From Squalus acanthias (Eukaryota), in assembly GCA_030390025.1 (NCBI GenBank), contig CM059432.1:39372001-39436000 (forward strand): a stretch of 64,000 nt of DNA. The letters are read 5' to 3'. Below are positions 1 through 12,764 of the stretch, in pieces (the first letter of the stretch is position 1; every line of letters begins with the position of its first letter). The position numbers were made by a program, and so were the translations under genes. The notes under the pieces were generated by a model. The model saw nothing but the letters and a program-made list of their open reading frames with translations. It had not been told where the DNA came from and searched no databases.

Positions 1-1231
1 AAATCTACTTAGCGTATGAAGGAGAATGGTCATCTTTGCAAAGACTAGGCTCTTGCCAGTAGCCAGGATTAGTGCTTACTGCCAAAATTTTGAGGAAAAG
101 TAACTACAATAGTATTTACTAACAGACCATCCAGAATGTCTGAAACGAGGAAATCCAAGAGCAAAAGTGAAAACAGATCCTGGAAATAGGTTCCAGTTTT
201 GAGTTTGATCTATTTAGTAGTCGGAGGAATAATCAGTCAAGTGTAACTGCTGGTCAGTCCTGATTGGCTCTTTGTAACCCAGCCACTGTTTTCACAGTAG
301 AAAAAGCAATGACACTAATGACCATTAATCCAGCCGCAGGCACAAAGGCACCCACAGCTGTCAGGTAGCTTTAATAGAAGATAGCATTAAAGAATCAAAC
401 TTGCATTCATTCTACAAACATTTTAACGTGACTTCAATACAAACAAGTATTTTTATTAAGTTGAGAAACCAAGGTGAAAGGCCAGGACCCATAGTGCTGA
501 ACACCACCTAAGTTATAAAGACTAAACAAGAAGATAGGGTAATTCAGGAAGCAGTGGTTAGGTGACAATTATGAATCTACGACAGCAAGCTAAGGAAATC
601 ATACGCTATTTTACACAATATGCTAATTAGATAGAAGCAATTACTACATTATTTGCATACGTTGACATTGCCATTTAATACCAATAATTGGAGTAACCTT
701 AACAGTTACCCCGTGAACATAACCCAAGTCTTTTATAGGCTCTTGCATTACTGCATTGTAAACCTAAATGCAGTTCACTGCCCCAATATAAGAGCTAACA
801 GATCATCACACAGAATTTTAGTTACTGGTTTAGTACAAACTAGCCTATTCAGAATTTGTAACCAAGTTAAACTGCATTTTTTAAAATTTGCTTACATTTG
901 TGAAATATAGATATAGCTGATTGATTACTTATTATAAAGCTAAACCACATTTAATAAAATTAAAATGCACAAAAGCTTTCAAAATTCTTTTAGGATCAGT
1001 CTTTCAATCAATCTGTGTCCCTGTAGATTTAAAAAAAGACAAAAGAGAGACTAGTATTTTTGCTATGTTTATCTTGTCAGATTTACATTTATTCTTTAGT
1101 AGCTTACATATGTAATGGGTGATTTTATTGCACAGCTTTTTAAAAGAAATAAATGAAGTATGATTGTTTTTTTAAGTTAGGTGTCAGCATGTTTTCTTTC
1201 TGCAGAGGGTGATCGACCTTTGGAACACATT

Positions 1232-1800
1232 GGCCCAGAAATTGATCTCGCTCTGTTCCCGCGGGGGTAAGGCTTCCCCGCGATCTCTCACTCCGCGTGT
1301 GCTTTTTCAGATCCAGCTCGCACGAACTTGATGTTCCAGACATCAGCTGGGCAGTGCTTGCGTATCCCACCGGCGTAGTGAATTCGTGCGAGCTGTGGGA
1401 TCACGTGACTCAGTTAGAGCCAATGGCAGCACACCATCTTCCATTCATAAGTTTCACATACGTGCTGTGAAATCTATGAATCTTACACCCCCCCAAAATA
1501 ACAGCTAAACCTCAATTAAATTTAAAAAAAACATCACATTAATAAAATAAGTATAGTTAAATAAATTAACCATTTTAAATAAAAAATTAAATTTTTGAAA
1601 AAATTTAAAATCTTTTAAAAAGTTATAAAAATAAACTTACCTGTCTTTAAAGTCTCTAAAAAAGATATACCTGTTAAAAAAAATTCAAAAAAATACTTAA
1701 TTCACTACTTACCTTGTTAAAAGTGGGTCTTACTCCTCCTTTTTCCATTTCTAAAATCTTCCGTACTTACCTGCGCGTCCAAAGCACTAAGTGCACAGCA
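1232..1800 (-). mobile_element. Truncated Harbinger-type MITE, same family as 24097-24862 and 47422-48151, inside a decayed CR1 3' fragment
   Basis: Starts GGCCCAGAAATTG after ATT. Shares GGGATCACGTG...AGCCAAT and the AT-rich 'AAACATCACATT...AAATAAACTTACC' core with 47422-48151. Right end not resolved. Confidence 0.6.
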
Positions 1801-2442
1801 AGCATTCAAAAGGGAGCTGGACAGGTACCTGGCTATAGCTGGTATCACAGTGTACAAAAAGTATGTGGCATACTGGGCAATGTGTCTCATGGCCACTCTG
1901 GTCTCCTGAAACTGGTTTTGATCATCTTCAGGGGTCAGAGAGCAAATTTCCAGAATTGTTTTTTCCAGAAATGGCCTAGGGTTTTTTTGCCTCTCCTAGG
2001 AGATGACCTCGTGGATGGGAGCACTAGGACTCATGTTTAGTTGCAACATGACTAGATGGGACAGACTAGTTGGACCAGCTGGTATTTTCCCCGAGTGTCA
2101 TTTTCATATGTTTGTATTTTTGTGTATAAGCCCTGGCTATTATCACGTTACTGATTGAATTTCACTTAAAGAAATATCAAGAATTCTATCATTTCTGTCA
2201 TATTTGTTAGATTTTGGTTAAACAGGCACCATGTTGATATGTAAGTTTTAAACATTAGGCTGTCAACAGACCCAGAGAAATGACTGCTTCCAGGAATAGG
2301 ACAGTTTTGCAAGTTTACAACCCATGCACTATTGCGCTTAAATAAACAATAATTTATAGCAAAAAAACTAGTCCAATACCAAAGTAATTTTACAACAGTA
2401 ATATTAACTCTATAGAGCAGAATCAAACACTCAAAGCACAAT

Positions 2443-3327
2443 GGGGGAAAAATTCAGTTGGTTGCGCCTCCCGTTAGCGCCTTAAGAGGGCGCTAATGGG
2501 GCGCAAAGCATCTAGCGCCCAGGCGCGGCGAAGTTTGCGCCGCTCGCGAAATTAACTAGACATTTTGTGGCGGCGCTAAACACTAACGCCACGATCTCCT
2601 GCGCCGGCAGATTGTGACGTCAGTCAAGTGCGCAACGCCCCGGAGCGGAAATTGAGTGGCGCCCCCTGCCTTACCGCCTGACGCTAGCAACGACAGGTTG
2701 AGGGGAGCGTTCTGCAGTCATGAAGGGAAAGGGGGAGCGCTATTTAAAGGTGACCGCTTCCTGCCTTTTATTCTTTGTGCCATTTTTGAACTACGCATTC
2801 TGAGAGAGAGAGAGAGAGAGAGACTTCTGGAGAGATTCAACGTTGTGTGAAGGAGTTTTGGGTACTGAGCAGCACTTTGCAGGTTCATTTTGATCTGCCA
2901 TTCCTTGTATCGATTTAGAAGAGTCTGTGGGGGCTGCACTCTGAGCTCTTTGCCTGGTACTCTCCATTGTTCTTTCCAGCAGATTTGATGTGCAGGTCTC
3001 TCCAGGCCGAGATTCAAGGCTGCAATGAGCAGGATGTGGATGGAAAGCAAGATTAACCATCCCCTTTAAGAACTGGCCCGTGCCATTGTGTGTGTGTTCC
3101 ATTGCTGACTGACATTACATGAGCTTCGCCAGCGCTCTGAGGTAGCGCCTCGCTCCTCGGCCTTTGTGCCTTAAGACAGGTGTGAAGCGCCTGATATAGT
3201 GCTGCAATCACCTCCAGGGGCGATAAAAGTCAAGTTTGCAGTCGGTGGCGATAATTAGCGCCAGGCGCTAATCTTTTCGCACGGCCGATAATTGCGCCCC
3301 AAATGGGGCGATACTGAATTTCTCCCC
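2443..3327. mobile_element. Non-autonomous PIF/Harbinger-type MITE (~885 bp), TAGCGCC-rich family
   Basis: TIR GGGGGAAAAATTCAGT / ACTGAATTTCTCCCC(C); flanks AAT/CAT; many (T)AGCGCC/GGCGCT motifs near both ends; second copy at 5113-5948. Confidence 0.8.
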
Positions 3328-3772
3328 CATAATTAACTAAAAAAAATACTTTTTAATCTCCATGTAGTTTTTTCTCATTTTCTCTTGTTTCCTATTGTTG
3401 TCCTTGTTACAAATTCAGTTCTGCCAAAGATGTCTCCTCAGGTTCAGTGACATCAGTCACTCCTGTAAGTGGTCTGAGCATCTTACTTTTGTAGGAATTG
3501 AATATACAGCCCTATATTTGCTTGTACTATAGAGTGACCTGACCTGAACCATGTCTCTCACATGTGTACTTCTGCAATCTCTCCAAAGATGGTAAAGCCA
3601 ATTTGAATCATTAAGCTGTTTTATTTCACATTAAGATGAACTTAGAGAACAATTGTTATGGCCAAACAAATTTAATTCATTCCATACAATTTATCTGCGC
3701 TTAATAATACACAATAAAGAACATACCATTCTAGCACATATTTTTCCTACTAAATCTAACCTCTGTTACCTA

Positions 3773-4220
3773 GGTGTCAGTTGTGGCTCAGTGGTAGCAC
3801 TCGCACCTCTGAGTCAGAAGGTCATGGGTTCAAGCCCCACCCCATGAGACTTGAGCATATAATCCAGGCTGACGCTTCAATATGGTACTGAGGGAGTGGT
3901 GCTGTCTTTCTAGATGAAACATTAAATTGAGGTCCCAACTACCCTACTCAGATGGATGTAAACTATCACATGGCACTATTCAAAGAAGAGCAAGGGAGTT
4001 GTCACAGTGTCCTAGACAATATTTATCCCTCATTATTACACCAGATTATCTAGTCATTTATTTAATTGTTTTTTTGGAACCTTACTGTGCGCAAATTGGC
4101 TGCTGCATTTCCCTACATTACAACAGTGACTATACTTCAAAAGTACTTTATTGGCTGTAAAGCGCTTTGGGGCGCCCTGAGATTATGAAAGGCGCTATAG
4201 AAATGCAAATCCTTTCCTTT
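3773..4220 (+). mobile_element. tRNA-headed Deu-domain SINE (SacSINE1/AmnSINE1-like)
   Basis: A box TGGCTCAGTGG (3784-3794) and B box GGTTCAAGCCC (3827-3837); central block 'ATGGCACTATT..GAAGAGCA..CATTACAACAGTGACTA..CTTCAAAAGTACTT'; L2-like tail TGTAAAGCGCTTTGGG...GGCGCTATA. Confidence 0.8.
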
Positions 4221-4280
4221 ATGTTGTCTTTTTTTCAAACTGAATTTTGAAATCTTTCACTTACCTTGTTTCTTCTTCCT

Positions 4281-4724
4281 TGTGGCTCTTCCTCACCTCC
4301 GAGTCAGAAGGTTGTGGGTTCAAGTCCCACTCCAGAGACTTGAGCACAGAAATCTAGGCTGTCACTCTAGTGCAGTGCTGAGGGAGCGCTGCACTGTTGG
4401 ATGTGCCGCCTGTCGGATGAGACGTTAGGTGCTCTCTCGGGTGGACGTAAAAGATCCCGTGACACTATTTCGAAGAAGAGCAGGGGAGTTATCCCCAGTG
4501 TCCTGGCCAATATTTTATCCCTCAATCAACATCACTAAAACAGATTATCTGGTCATTATCACATTACTGTTTGTGGGAGCTTGCTGTGTGCAAATTGGCT
4601 GTCGCATTTCCCACATTACAACAGTAACTACACTTCAAAAAGTGCTTCATTGGCTGTAAAGTGCTTTGAGACGGTCAAGTAGCTGTGAAAGGCGCTATAT
4701 AAATGCAAGTCTTTCTTTCTTTTT
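4281..4724 (+). mobile_element. Deu-domain SINE, second copy in tandem
   Basis: Colinear with 3773-4220; B box GGTTCAAGTCC; ends TATAAATGCAAGTCTTTCTTTC. Confidence 0.8.
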
Positions 4725-4819
4725 TCCTCTTTGGAGGTGGAAGGACATTTTTTAAACTGGGTTTATGTTGGCTGAAAATTGTCTTTCTGAAGAGTTGTTT
4801 ATGATATAAATATCATCAA

Positions 4820-5080
4820 CACAACAACATACATTTATATAGCAACTTTGATGTAAGAGAAATGTCCCCAGTTACTTAAAGGATAGGTGTGAGGAAAACA
4901 GATGTCAAGCAAGCAAGGAGCAGATTATGAAGGGTGACTGAAATCTTGGCCAAAGAGAAAGGTTTTGAAAAAGGTCTTTAAAAGGGAGAGGTGGAGAGGC
5001 AGAGGGGTTTAGAGAGGGAATCAAAGGAGTAGGACTCAAGCGGCTGCAGGTTCTGCCACCAAATAGGCAGACTGAGAGGA
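4820..5080 (-). mobile_element. Decayed L2 LINE 3' fragment
   Basis: Reverse-strand similarity to the 3' end of the L2 at 38817-39843 (CAACAAC..ATTTATATAGCA; GGAGAGGCAGAGGGGTTTAG). Confidence 0.55.
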
Positions 5081-5112
5081 GCAAAATGTTATTTATACAG
5101 TAATATATACAT

Positions 5113-5948
5113 GGGGGGAAAAATTCAGTTGGTTAGCGCCTCCCATTAGCGCCTCCGGGGGGCGCTAATGGGATGCTAGGAACTTAGCGCCCGAGCATGG
5201 CAGTTTTAGCGCTGCTCGCAAAATTAACCAGTCGTTTTGCGGCGGCGCTACGATCTCCTGCGCCACAATCTCCTGCGCCCGCAGATTGTGACGTCAGTCG
5301 AGCGTGCAACGTCCTGGTAGCGCCCCGGACCGGATATTGAGTTGCGCTCCCTGCCTTAGCGCTAGGAACGACAGGCAGTGGGGAACGTTTTCAAGTCAGG
5401 AAGGGGCTAGGGGAGCACGATTTAAAGGCGGGCGCTTCCTGCCTTTTCTTGTCGGCAACATTTTTGGTACACGCAGGTTGAGAGGGAGAGAGACGTCTGG
5501 AGAGATTTAACGCTGTCCTAAGGAGTTTTGGCCCTCAGCACCACCTTTGAGGTTCCTAAGCGCCGAGCTCTTTCCCTGGGCCTATTCATTAGTGCTTCCA
5601 ACACATTTGCTTTAGAGGTCTCTCCAGGCCGAGATTCAAGGCTGCAATGAGTAGGGTGTGGCTGGCCAGCAAGATGGCCCCTCCCCCTTAAGAACTGGAC
5701 GGCGCCAATCTGTCTGGTTTCCATGGTTACTGACATCGCCTGAGCTTCGGTAGCGTTCTGAGGTAGCGCCTCGCTCCCCGACATTTCCGCCTTAATAGAG
5801 GTGTGTAGCGCCTGATTTAGTGCTCAAGTCACCTCCAGGGGCGATAGAGGCGAATTTAGCAGTCAGAGGTGATAATTAGCGCCGGGTGCTAAACTTTGCA
5901 CCCGGCTGATATTAGCGCCCCAAAATGGGTGATATCCAATTTTCCCCC
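5113..5948. mobile_element. Non-autonomous Harbinger-type MITE, second copy of the 2443-3327 family
   Basis: TIR GGGGGGAAAAATT / AATTTTCCCCC; TSD CAT/CAT; colinear with 2443-3327. Confidence 0.85.
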
Positions 5949-6099
5949 CATGGAATGTTATTTTCCTGCTTTCATTTTTGAAAAATAAAACTCAATGCCA
6001 ATTCACTGTAGGGACCATTGTGCAATAGCATTGTGGTCTGGAGGTCTGCTGTCCACTTGAAATGAAGCTTGTGTCATTTGCTTGCACTGCAACAGTAAC

Positions 6100-9000
6100 T
6101 AGAATCATAGAATCATAGAAAGTTACAGCATGGAAGGAGGCCATTTTGGCCCATCGTATCCGCGCCGGCCAACAAAGAGCTATCCAGCCTAATCCCACTT
6201 CCCAGCTCTTGGTCCGTAGCCCTACAGGTTAGAGCATCCCAAGTGCACATCCAAGTACTTTTTAAATGTGGTTAGGGTTCCTGCCTCTACCACCCTTTCA
6301 GGCAGTGAGTTCCAGACCCCCACAACCCTCTGGGTGAAGAAATTTCCCCTCAAATCCCCTCTAAACCTTCCACCAATTACTTTAAATCTGTGCCCCCTGG
6401 TTTTTGACACCTCTGCTAAGGGAAATAGGTCCTTTCTATTCACTTTATCTATGCCCCTCATAATTTTATACACCTCAGTAAGGTCTTCCCTCAGCCTCCT
6501 CTGTTCCAAGGAAAACAGACCCAGCCTATCCAGTCTTTCCTCATAGCTACGATTCTCTACTCCCGGCAACATCCTTGTAAATCTCCACTGTACCCTCTCT
6601 AGTGCAATCACATCTTTCCTGTAATGTGGTGACCAGAACTGCATGCAGTACTCTAGCTGAGGCCTAACTAGTGTTTTATACAGTTGAAGCATAACCCCCC
6701 TGCTCTTGTATTCTATGCCACGGCTAATAAAGGCAAGCATTCTGTATGCCTTCTTAACCACTTTATCTACCTGGCCTGCTACCTTCAGGGATCTGTGGAC
6801 ATGCACTCCAAGGTCCCTTTGTTCCTCTACACTACTCAGTGTCCTACCATTTAATGTGTATTCCCTTTCCTTGTTAGTCCTCCCCAAATGCATTACCTCA
6901 CACTTCTCCGGATTGAATTCCATTTGCCACTGTTCTGCCCACCTGACCAATTTATTGATATCTTCCTGCAGTCTACAGCTTCCTTCTTCAGTATCAACCA
7001 CACAGCCGATTTTAGTATCATCTGCAAACTTCTTAATCATACCCCCTATATTCAAGTCTAGATTGTTGATATATACACCACAAAAAGCAAGGGACCTTGT
7101 ACTGAGCCCTGCGGAACCCCACTGGAAATAGCCTTCCAGTCACAAGAACACCCATCAACCATTACCCTCTGCTTCCTGTCTCCGAGCCAGTTTTGAATCC
7201 AACTTGACACTTTGCCCTGGATCCCATGGGCTTTTAACTTCATGACCAGTCTGCCATGTGGAACCTTATCAAAAGCCTTGCTAAAGTCCATATACACTAC
7301 ATCAAACGCACTACCCTCATCTACCCTCCTTGTTACCTCCTCAAAAAATTCAATCAAGTTTGTCAGACGCGACCTTCCCTTAACAAATCCGTGCTGACTA
7401 TCCTTAATTAATCCGTGCCTTTCTAAATGAAGATTTATCCTGTCCTTCAGAATTCTTTCCAATAATTTTCCCACCACCGAGGTTAGGCTGACTGGCCTGT
7501 AATTACTCGATCTATCCTTTTCTCCCTTTTTAAACAAGGGTACCACATTAGCAGTCCTCTAGTCCTCCGGCACCACACCTGAAGCCAGAGAGGATTGAAA
7601 AATGATGGTCAGGGCCTCTGCAATTTCCTCTTTTGCTTCGCGTAACAGCCTGGGATACATTTCATCCGGGCCTGGGGATTTATCCACTTTTAAAGCTGCT
7701 AAACCCCTTAATACTTCCTCTCTCACTATATTTATTTCATCTAATATTTCACACTCCTCCCCCCGATAGCAATATCTGCTTCGCCCCTCTCCTTTGTGAA
7801 AACAGACGCAAAGTATTCATTAAGAACCCTACCGACGTCTCCCGCCTCCACACACAGATTGCCCTCATGATCTCTAATAGGCCCTATCCTTTCTTCAGTT
7901 ATCCTCTTACTCTTAATATATTTATAAAACATCTTTGGGTTTTCCTTGATTTTACTTGCCAAGAATTTTTCATGCTCTCTCTTTGCTTTCCTAATATCCT
8001 TTTTAATTGCACCCCTGCACTTTCTGTACTCCTCTAAAGATTCTGGAGTATTTAGCCCTTGGTATCTGTCATACGCCTCCCGTTTTTTCTTTATCCTACC
8101 CTGTATGTCTCTAGACATCCAGGGGGCTCTAGATTTGTTAGTCCCACCTTGTTTCTTTAAGGGCACATATTTGGTCTGAACCCTCCGGATCTCCTCCTTG
8201 AATGCCTCCCACTTCTCTGACACTGATTTACCTTCAAGTAGCTGTTTCCAGTCCACTATGGCTAAATCCCCTCTGAGCTTAGCAAAATTTGCTTTTCCCC
8301 AATTTAGAATTTTTATTCCTGGTCTATCCTTGTCCTTTTCCATATGGTCACTAGCACCAAAATGCTCTCCCCACTGATACGCCTTCTACCTGCCCAGCTT
8401 CATTCCCTAAAACTAAGTCCAGAACCGCCCCCTCCCTTGTTGGGCTTGCTACATACTGGCTAAAAAAGTTCTCCTGGATACATTTTAGGAATTCCGCACC
8501 CTCTATACCCTTCACGCTAATTTTATCCCTGTTAATATTGGGGTAGTTGAAATCCCCTACTATTATTGCCCTATAGTTTTTGCACTTCTCAGAAATTTGT
8601 CTACATATTTGTTCTTCTATATCCCTCTCACTGTTTGGGGGTCTGTAGTACACTCCCAGCAGTGTGATCGCCCCTTTTTTTGTTTTTCAATTCGACCCAT
8701 ATGGCCTCGTTTGATGATCCCTCCAACATATCATCCCTCCTCACAACTGTAATAGCTGAAAATCCTGTAACCAGGAATGTTGAGCTGCCATACCTGCCCC
8801 TCTTTCAGCCACGTCTCTGTAATAGCTATAATATCATAGTCCCAACTATCTACCTGTGCCCTCAGCTCATCTGCCTTGTTCGCTATACTCCTTGCATTGA
8901 AGTATATACCATTTAGTACAAGCAAACCTCCTTGTTGACTAATCTCTAGCCCTTGATTCCTCAGTCCTTCCAATTTACTTTCTACATTTTTGTTTTCCAA

Positions 9001-9902
9001 TTCCAGTTTTACTTCCCTCCCTATTGACTCTATACTTAAGTTCCCATCCCTCTGCCAAGCTAGTTTAAACGCTCCCCAACACCACTAGCAAACCCTCCCG
9101 CGAGGATATTGGTCCCGTTCCCGTTGAGGTGCAACCCGTCTGGCTTGTAGAGGTCCCACCTCCCCCAGAAACGGTTCCAATTCCTCAGGAATCTAAAGCC
9201 CTCCCTCCTACACCAACTCTCCAGCCATGCATTCATCTGCTCTATCTTCCTATTTCTGTACTCACTAGCACGTGGCACTGGTAGTAATCCGGAGATTACT
9301 ACCTTTGAGGTCCAGCTTTTTAACATCTTTCCTAGCTCCCTAAACCCTGCCTGCAGGACCTCATCCCTCTTCCTACCTATGCCATTGGTACCGATATGGA
9401 CCACGACCTCTGGCTGTTCACCCTCCCCCCTCAGAATGCCCTGCAGCCGTTCAGTGACATCCTTGACCCTGTAACCAGGGAGGCAACATACCATCCTTGA
9501 GTCACGTCTGCGGCCGCAGAAACGCCTGTCTGTTCCCCTAACTATTGAATCCCCTATCACTATTGCTCTCCCTCTCCTCTTCCCCCCCACTTGTGCAGCT
9601 GAGCCTTCCATGGTGCTGTGGACTTGGCTCTGGCTGCACTCCCCAGAGGTTGGTGAGCAAGATGGGCTCTGGGGACTCCTGCATTAGCTGCCTGGTCCTC
9701 CTCTTCTATCTGACGGTCACCAATTCCCTCTCTGCCTGCACACTCTTAAACTGCGGGGTGACCACCTCCCGAAACGTGCAATCCACGTAGCTCTCAGCTT
9801 CGCGGATGCACAGCAGTGACTGCAGCCGCCGCTCAAGCTCCGTAACCCGGTGTTCGAGCTGCTGTAGCTGGCGACACTTCCCGCACATGTGGTCGTCCAA
9901 CT
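6100..9902 (-). mobile_element. Near full-length CR1 LINE (ORF1 + ORF2 EN/RT), frameshifted
   Basis: 3' tail (ATTCTATG)n at ~6100-6120; RT motifs GVPQGSV and KFADD; EN motifs ITETW and VGDFNYP; ORF1 remnants. ORF2 is split over several frames with small deletions. Confidence 0.95.
9060..9611 (-). pseudogene. CR1 ORF1 SGNH/GDSL esterase domain
   Basis: Translation shows IVIGDSIVRG, CCLPG, VHIGTN and DGLHLN, the four SGNH blocks typical of CR1 ORF1p. Confidence 0.85.
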
Positions 9903-9979
9903 CATTGTGTGAAGAACTTTGAGATTTTTTGATGATATAAAGTCCCTGAAATTGCGGTCTCCCTGACGGCGTACTCTGA

Positions 9980-12764
9980 GGCCGGAATTTTGGAGGCGGG
10001 TCATAGGTTAAATTTGCAATGATTGACAGCGGGTTCCGAACCCGCCGTGATCCTGCCTCCACACATCTTTCCCAAGTGTCGGGTCTCCGATTTGCAAACG
10101 GACCCGACACCAAGCGGCGGGAAAGGGATTAAAGGCACTTAACTGCCTATTAAGTGGTACTTTAGAGCTTTTTTCACAGGGTTTTTAGATTTTCCAGTTT
10201 CTGGGTCGGGTTTCACGACGTTCCAACAACACGCCAGGTAAGTGAGGCGTGACCACCAGCGAGCTGGAGACTTCACAGCTGCAACTGCAGTGTAAAAGCT
10301 GCACTCTCAAATCATGTCATTTAGAAATCTGTGAGGTTGGTGATTGAATGATTTGGGGGGCATATTCTGTGTTTAGGCTGCAAGTATATGTTGTGCACAA
10401 TAGATCCACTGTAACCTGCATTGCTGGATTTTAAAGGTGCACTTACCCTAAACTGTGCCCCCTCAAATTGTCATCACACAGATGGCAATGATGCCAAACC
10501 TTCGTTCTACATCAATTTATTACAATATTGGCAAAGAACAGAAACTTTACAAATAAATCTATCATAACACCCAAGTGAGAACCCTTGTGATTAGTAACGT
10601 GTCATCTTCCTCTTACACGTGCTTCTACATTGTGACACCCCTGTGGCTTCAGCATATGTGGAGGCAGCCTGCTCACTTCCCTGCTGCTCCTGCTTAGACG
10701 CCTTTGGCGGCCGTCATCTGGTTTTGCGAGTCTTGGAGGGTCCCGCCAAAGTCTGCTCCTCCTGTGGCTGTGCAGGGGCGGACTCGGCCATCTCTGTTGG
10801 CTCAGGCAGATGGGGCTCTGACCGAGGGCTCAGCAGTGGCAAGGGAGTGTGAGCCCTTGGAGAGGAGCCCCCACTTCCTTGTGCTCGAACACCACCGTCC
10901 CTCTCATGAGTCACCCGCACTTCACAGCTAGCAAGTTGCTGGAGAGCACCTTGCTGCACATTGGTGGGGCCATGTGGACCCATCTCTGTACTGACAGTCC
11001 TCTTAACCGGGACGTCCATGTACCTCTGGTTCCTCTCCACGATAGATGGCTTTCTATCCTCCATAGCTGGCCATCTATCTAGAAGAGCCACCATGTTGGC
11101 TTGTGTCTGGCGAGTTAGGTCCTTCATGGAGGTTGCCATTCCTTCCATAGCGGCACCTAGATTGTCCATAGCGTTCACCATGGCATTGCTAATGTTTAAG
11201 ATGGACTCCTCCATTCTCTGCACACTCGCAGTTACCATGGAAGCAAACCCACTCAGAGCCTCCTGCACTTGTTCCTGAAGCTCCAGCACCGCTCTCTTTC
11301 TGGATGGCCCCAGAGGCTCAACATTTAAATGCAGCTGAGCAGAGCTGGAAGAGCCCTGCGTCCTCTGACGAGGACTCCACTGCTGTATCTGTTTCCAACA
11401 TCTGCTCCTGCTCGCGTGTGAGCTGTGATACACCAGGTGACAACACTACTCTATCTCGCAAAAAACCCACCGAGGTGTGCGTCTCTGCGCTGGTGCTGGG
11501 TGCGCTGAATGCTGGTGACGCTGCTCCCTCAGAGGCTGGTGGTTCCTCTGAGGAGTGCTCCTGCTCTTCCTCCTGGACAGTGGGGAGCAGGGCTCTCGAT
11601 GGTCCTGTGGGGGAGTAAAAGCATGAGTTAGACAAGTGAAATGTATGTTGCAGACACATCCCATTGTGCAGATGCTTAGCACTCAATCTCTATAAACATC
11701 ATCTCCCATATTAGTCACTCATGAATGCTAAATCAGAGGGTTGGAAATCAATTCTGTCACCAGCTTGCTCTTCTACGCCCGTCTCTCCATCCCCCACTTC
11801 CAGCTCCTCTGCACCTCCAACGATCTCCAGGCTGCCTCCTCAGCGCTCGTTAGGTGCGCCAGCGATGCTGGGCCTCCGCCTGTCCTCCCCCTCTCCCTTT
11901 TATTGTGAGCTCTCTTCTCCTGTAATGAGGGACACAAGTGGAGTTTGAGAGAGATTGATGGAGTGTGTGTAAAGAATGGATGACATAGATCTTTAGAGGG
12001 AGACTATGAAGGAGTGAGGTGCACAAACCAAGTTCCCTCCCTGTGCGTTGTTAGTTGTTGGCATTGCATAAGAGTGTGAGTGATGCATAGTAAGATGGTG
12101 ACATGATTCTGTACAGAGAAAGAGAGGGATGGGTGAGGGTGCAAGGGATGTTAGAGTGAGTTGGGATGTGCAGGGGAAGGATGCCAATGCAGAGTGATGG
12201 GGATGAGAAGAGATGGGAGGCAGATGGAAGGTAAGTGTGATGTTATACTCACTTTTGCTGATCGCAACAGATCATTAAACCTCTTACGACACTGCACCCA
12301 GGTGCATATGTAGACTGACCTCGAACTGACCTCCTCAGCAATTTGCAGCCAAGCTGCCTTGGTATGCTGAGGAGGCCTTCTCCTTCCGTCTCCAGGGAAG
12401 AGAACCTCCTTACGTCCTCTTACACCCTCCACAAGACCATGGAGGGAGTCCTCATCGAAGCGGGGAGCAGCCTTAGGTTTTTGCACTGCCATACCTGCAG
12501 CAGCCAGCACTTCAGGGAACAAAATGGAAATGAATCTGCAGAGGAGACATGGCCCCCTTAAATAATCAGTTCAACATCGCTTCATCAGACGCAAGCAGTA
12601 GACCCGCACCCAGCAATTGCCTTGAAGAACCTGCACATCGGCCTTAACGAGGCCAATCAACGCTAAATTTCAACAGAGCAGGGCGGGTCGAACCGGGAGC
12701 AGGTCCGGAACCCACCGACCAGTGGACCCGCCACCATCCCGCCTCCAGGCACAAAATCGCGGCC
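9980..12764 (-). mobile_element. Harbinger derivative carrying only the Myb/SANT gene
   Basis: TIR GGCCGGAATTTTG / CAAAATCGCGGCC; TSD TGA/TTA; GGAGGCGGG-type subterminal motifs; no transposase core recognisable. Confidence 0.85.
10714..12492 (-). pseudogene. Three-exon Harbinger Myb/SANT-like (MSANTD/trihelix) gene; exons ~12492-12253, 11919-11761, 11604-10714
   Basis: Exon 1 reads KAAPRFDEDSLHGLVEGV...AAWLQIAEEVSS...TWVQCRKRFNDL, with GT-AG junctions. Exon 2 begins EKRAHNKRER..TGGG. Exon 3 is acidic then coiled-coil-like. Frameshifts in exons 2 and 3. Confidence 0.8.

Noticed and set aside
3773..3845. tRNA gene
   Set aside because: The A/B boxes belong to a SINE head that continues into a multicopy body and an L2-like tail.
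6268..8179. Plus-strand ORFs overlapping CR1 elements (also 42568-44908 and 54989-56515)
   Set aside because: Antisense shadows of ORF2 with no independent coding evidence.
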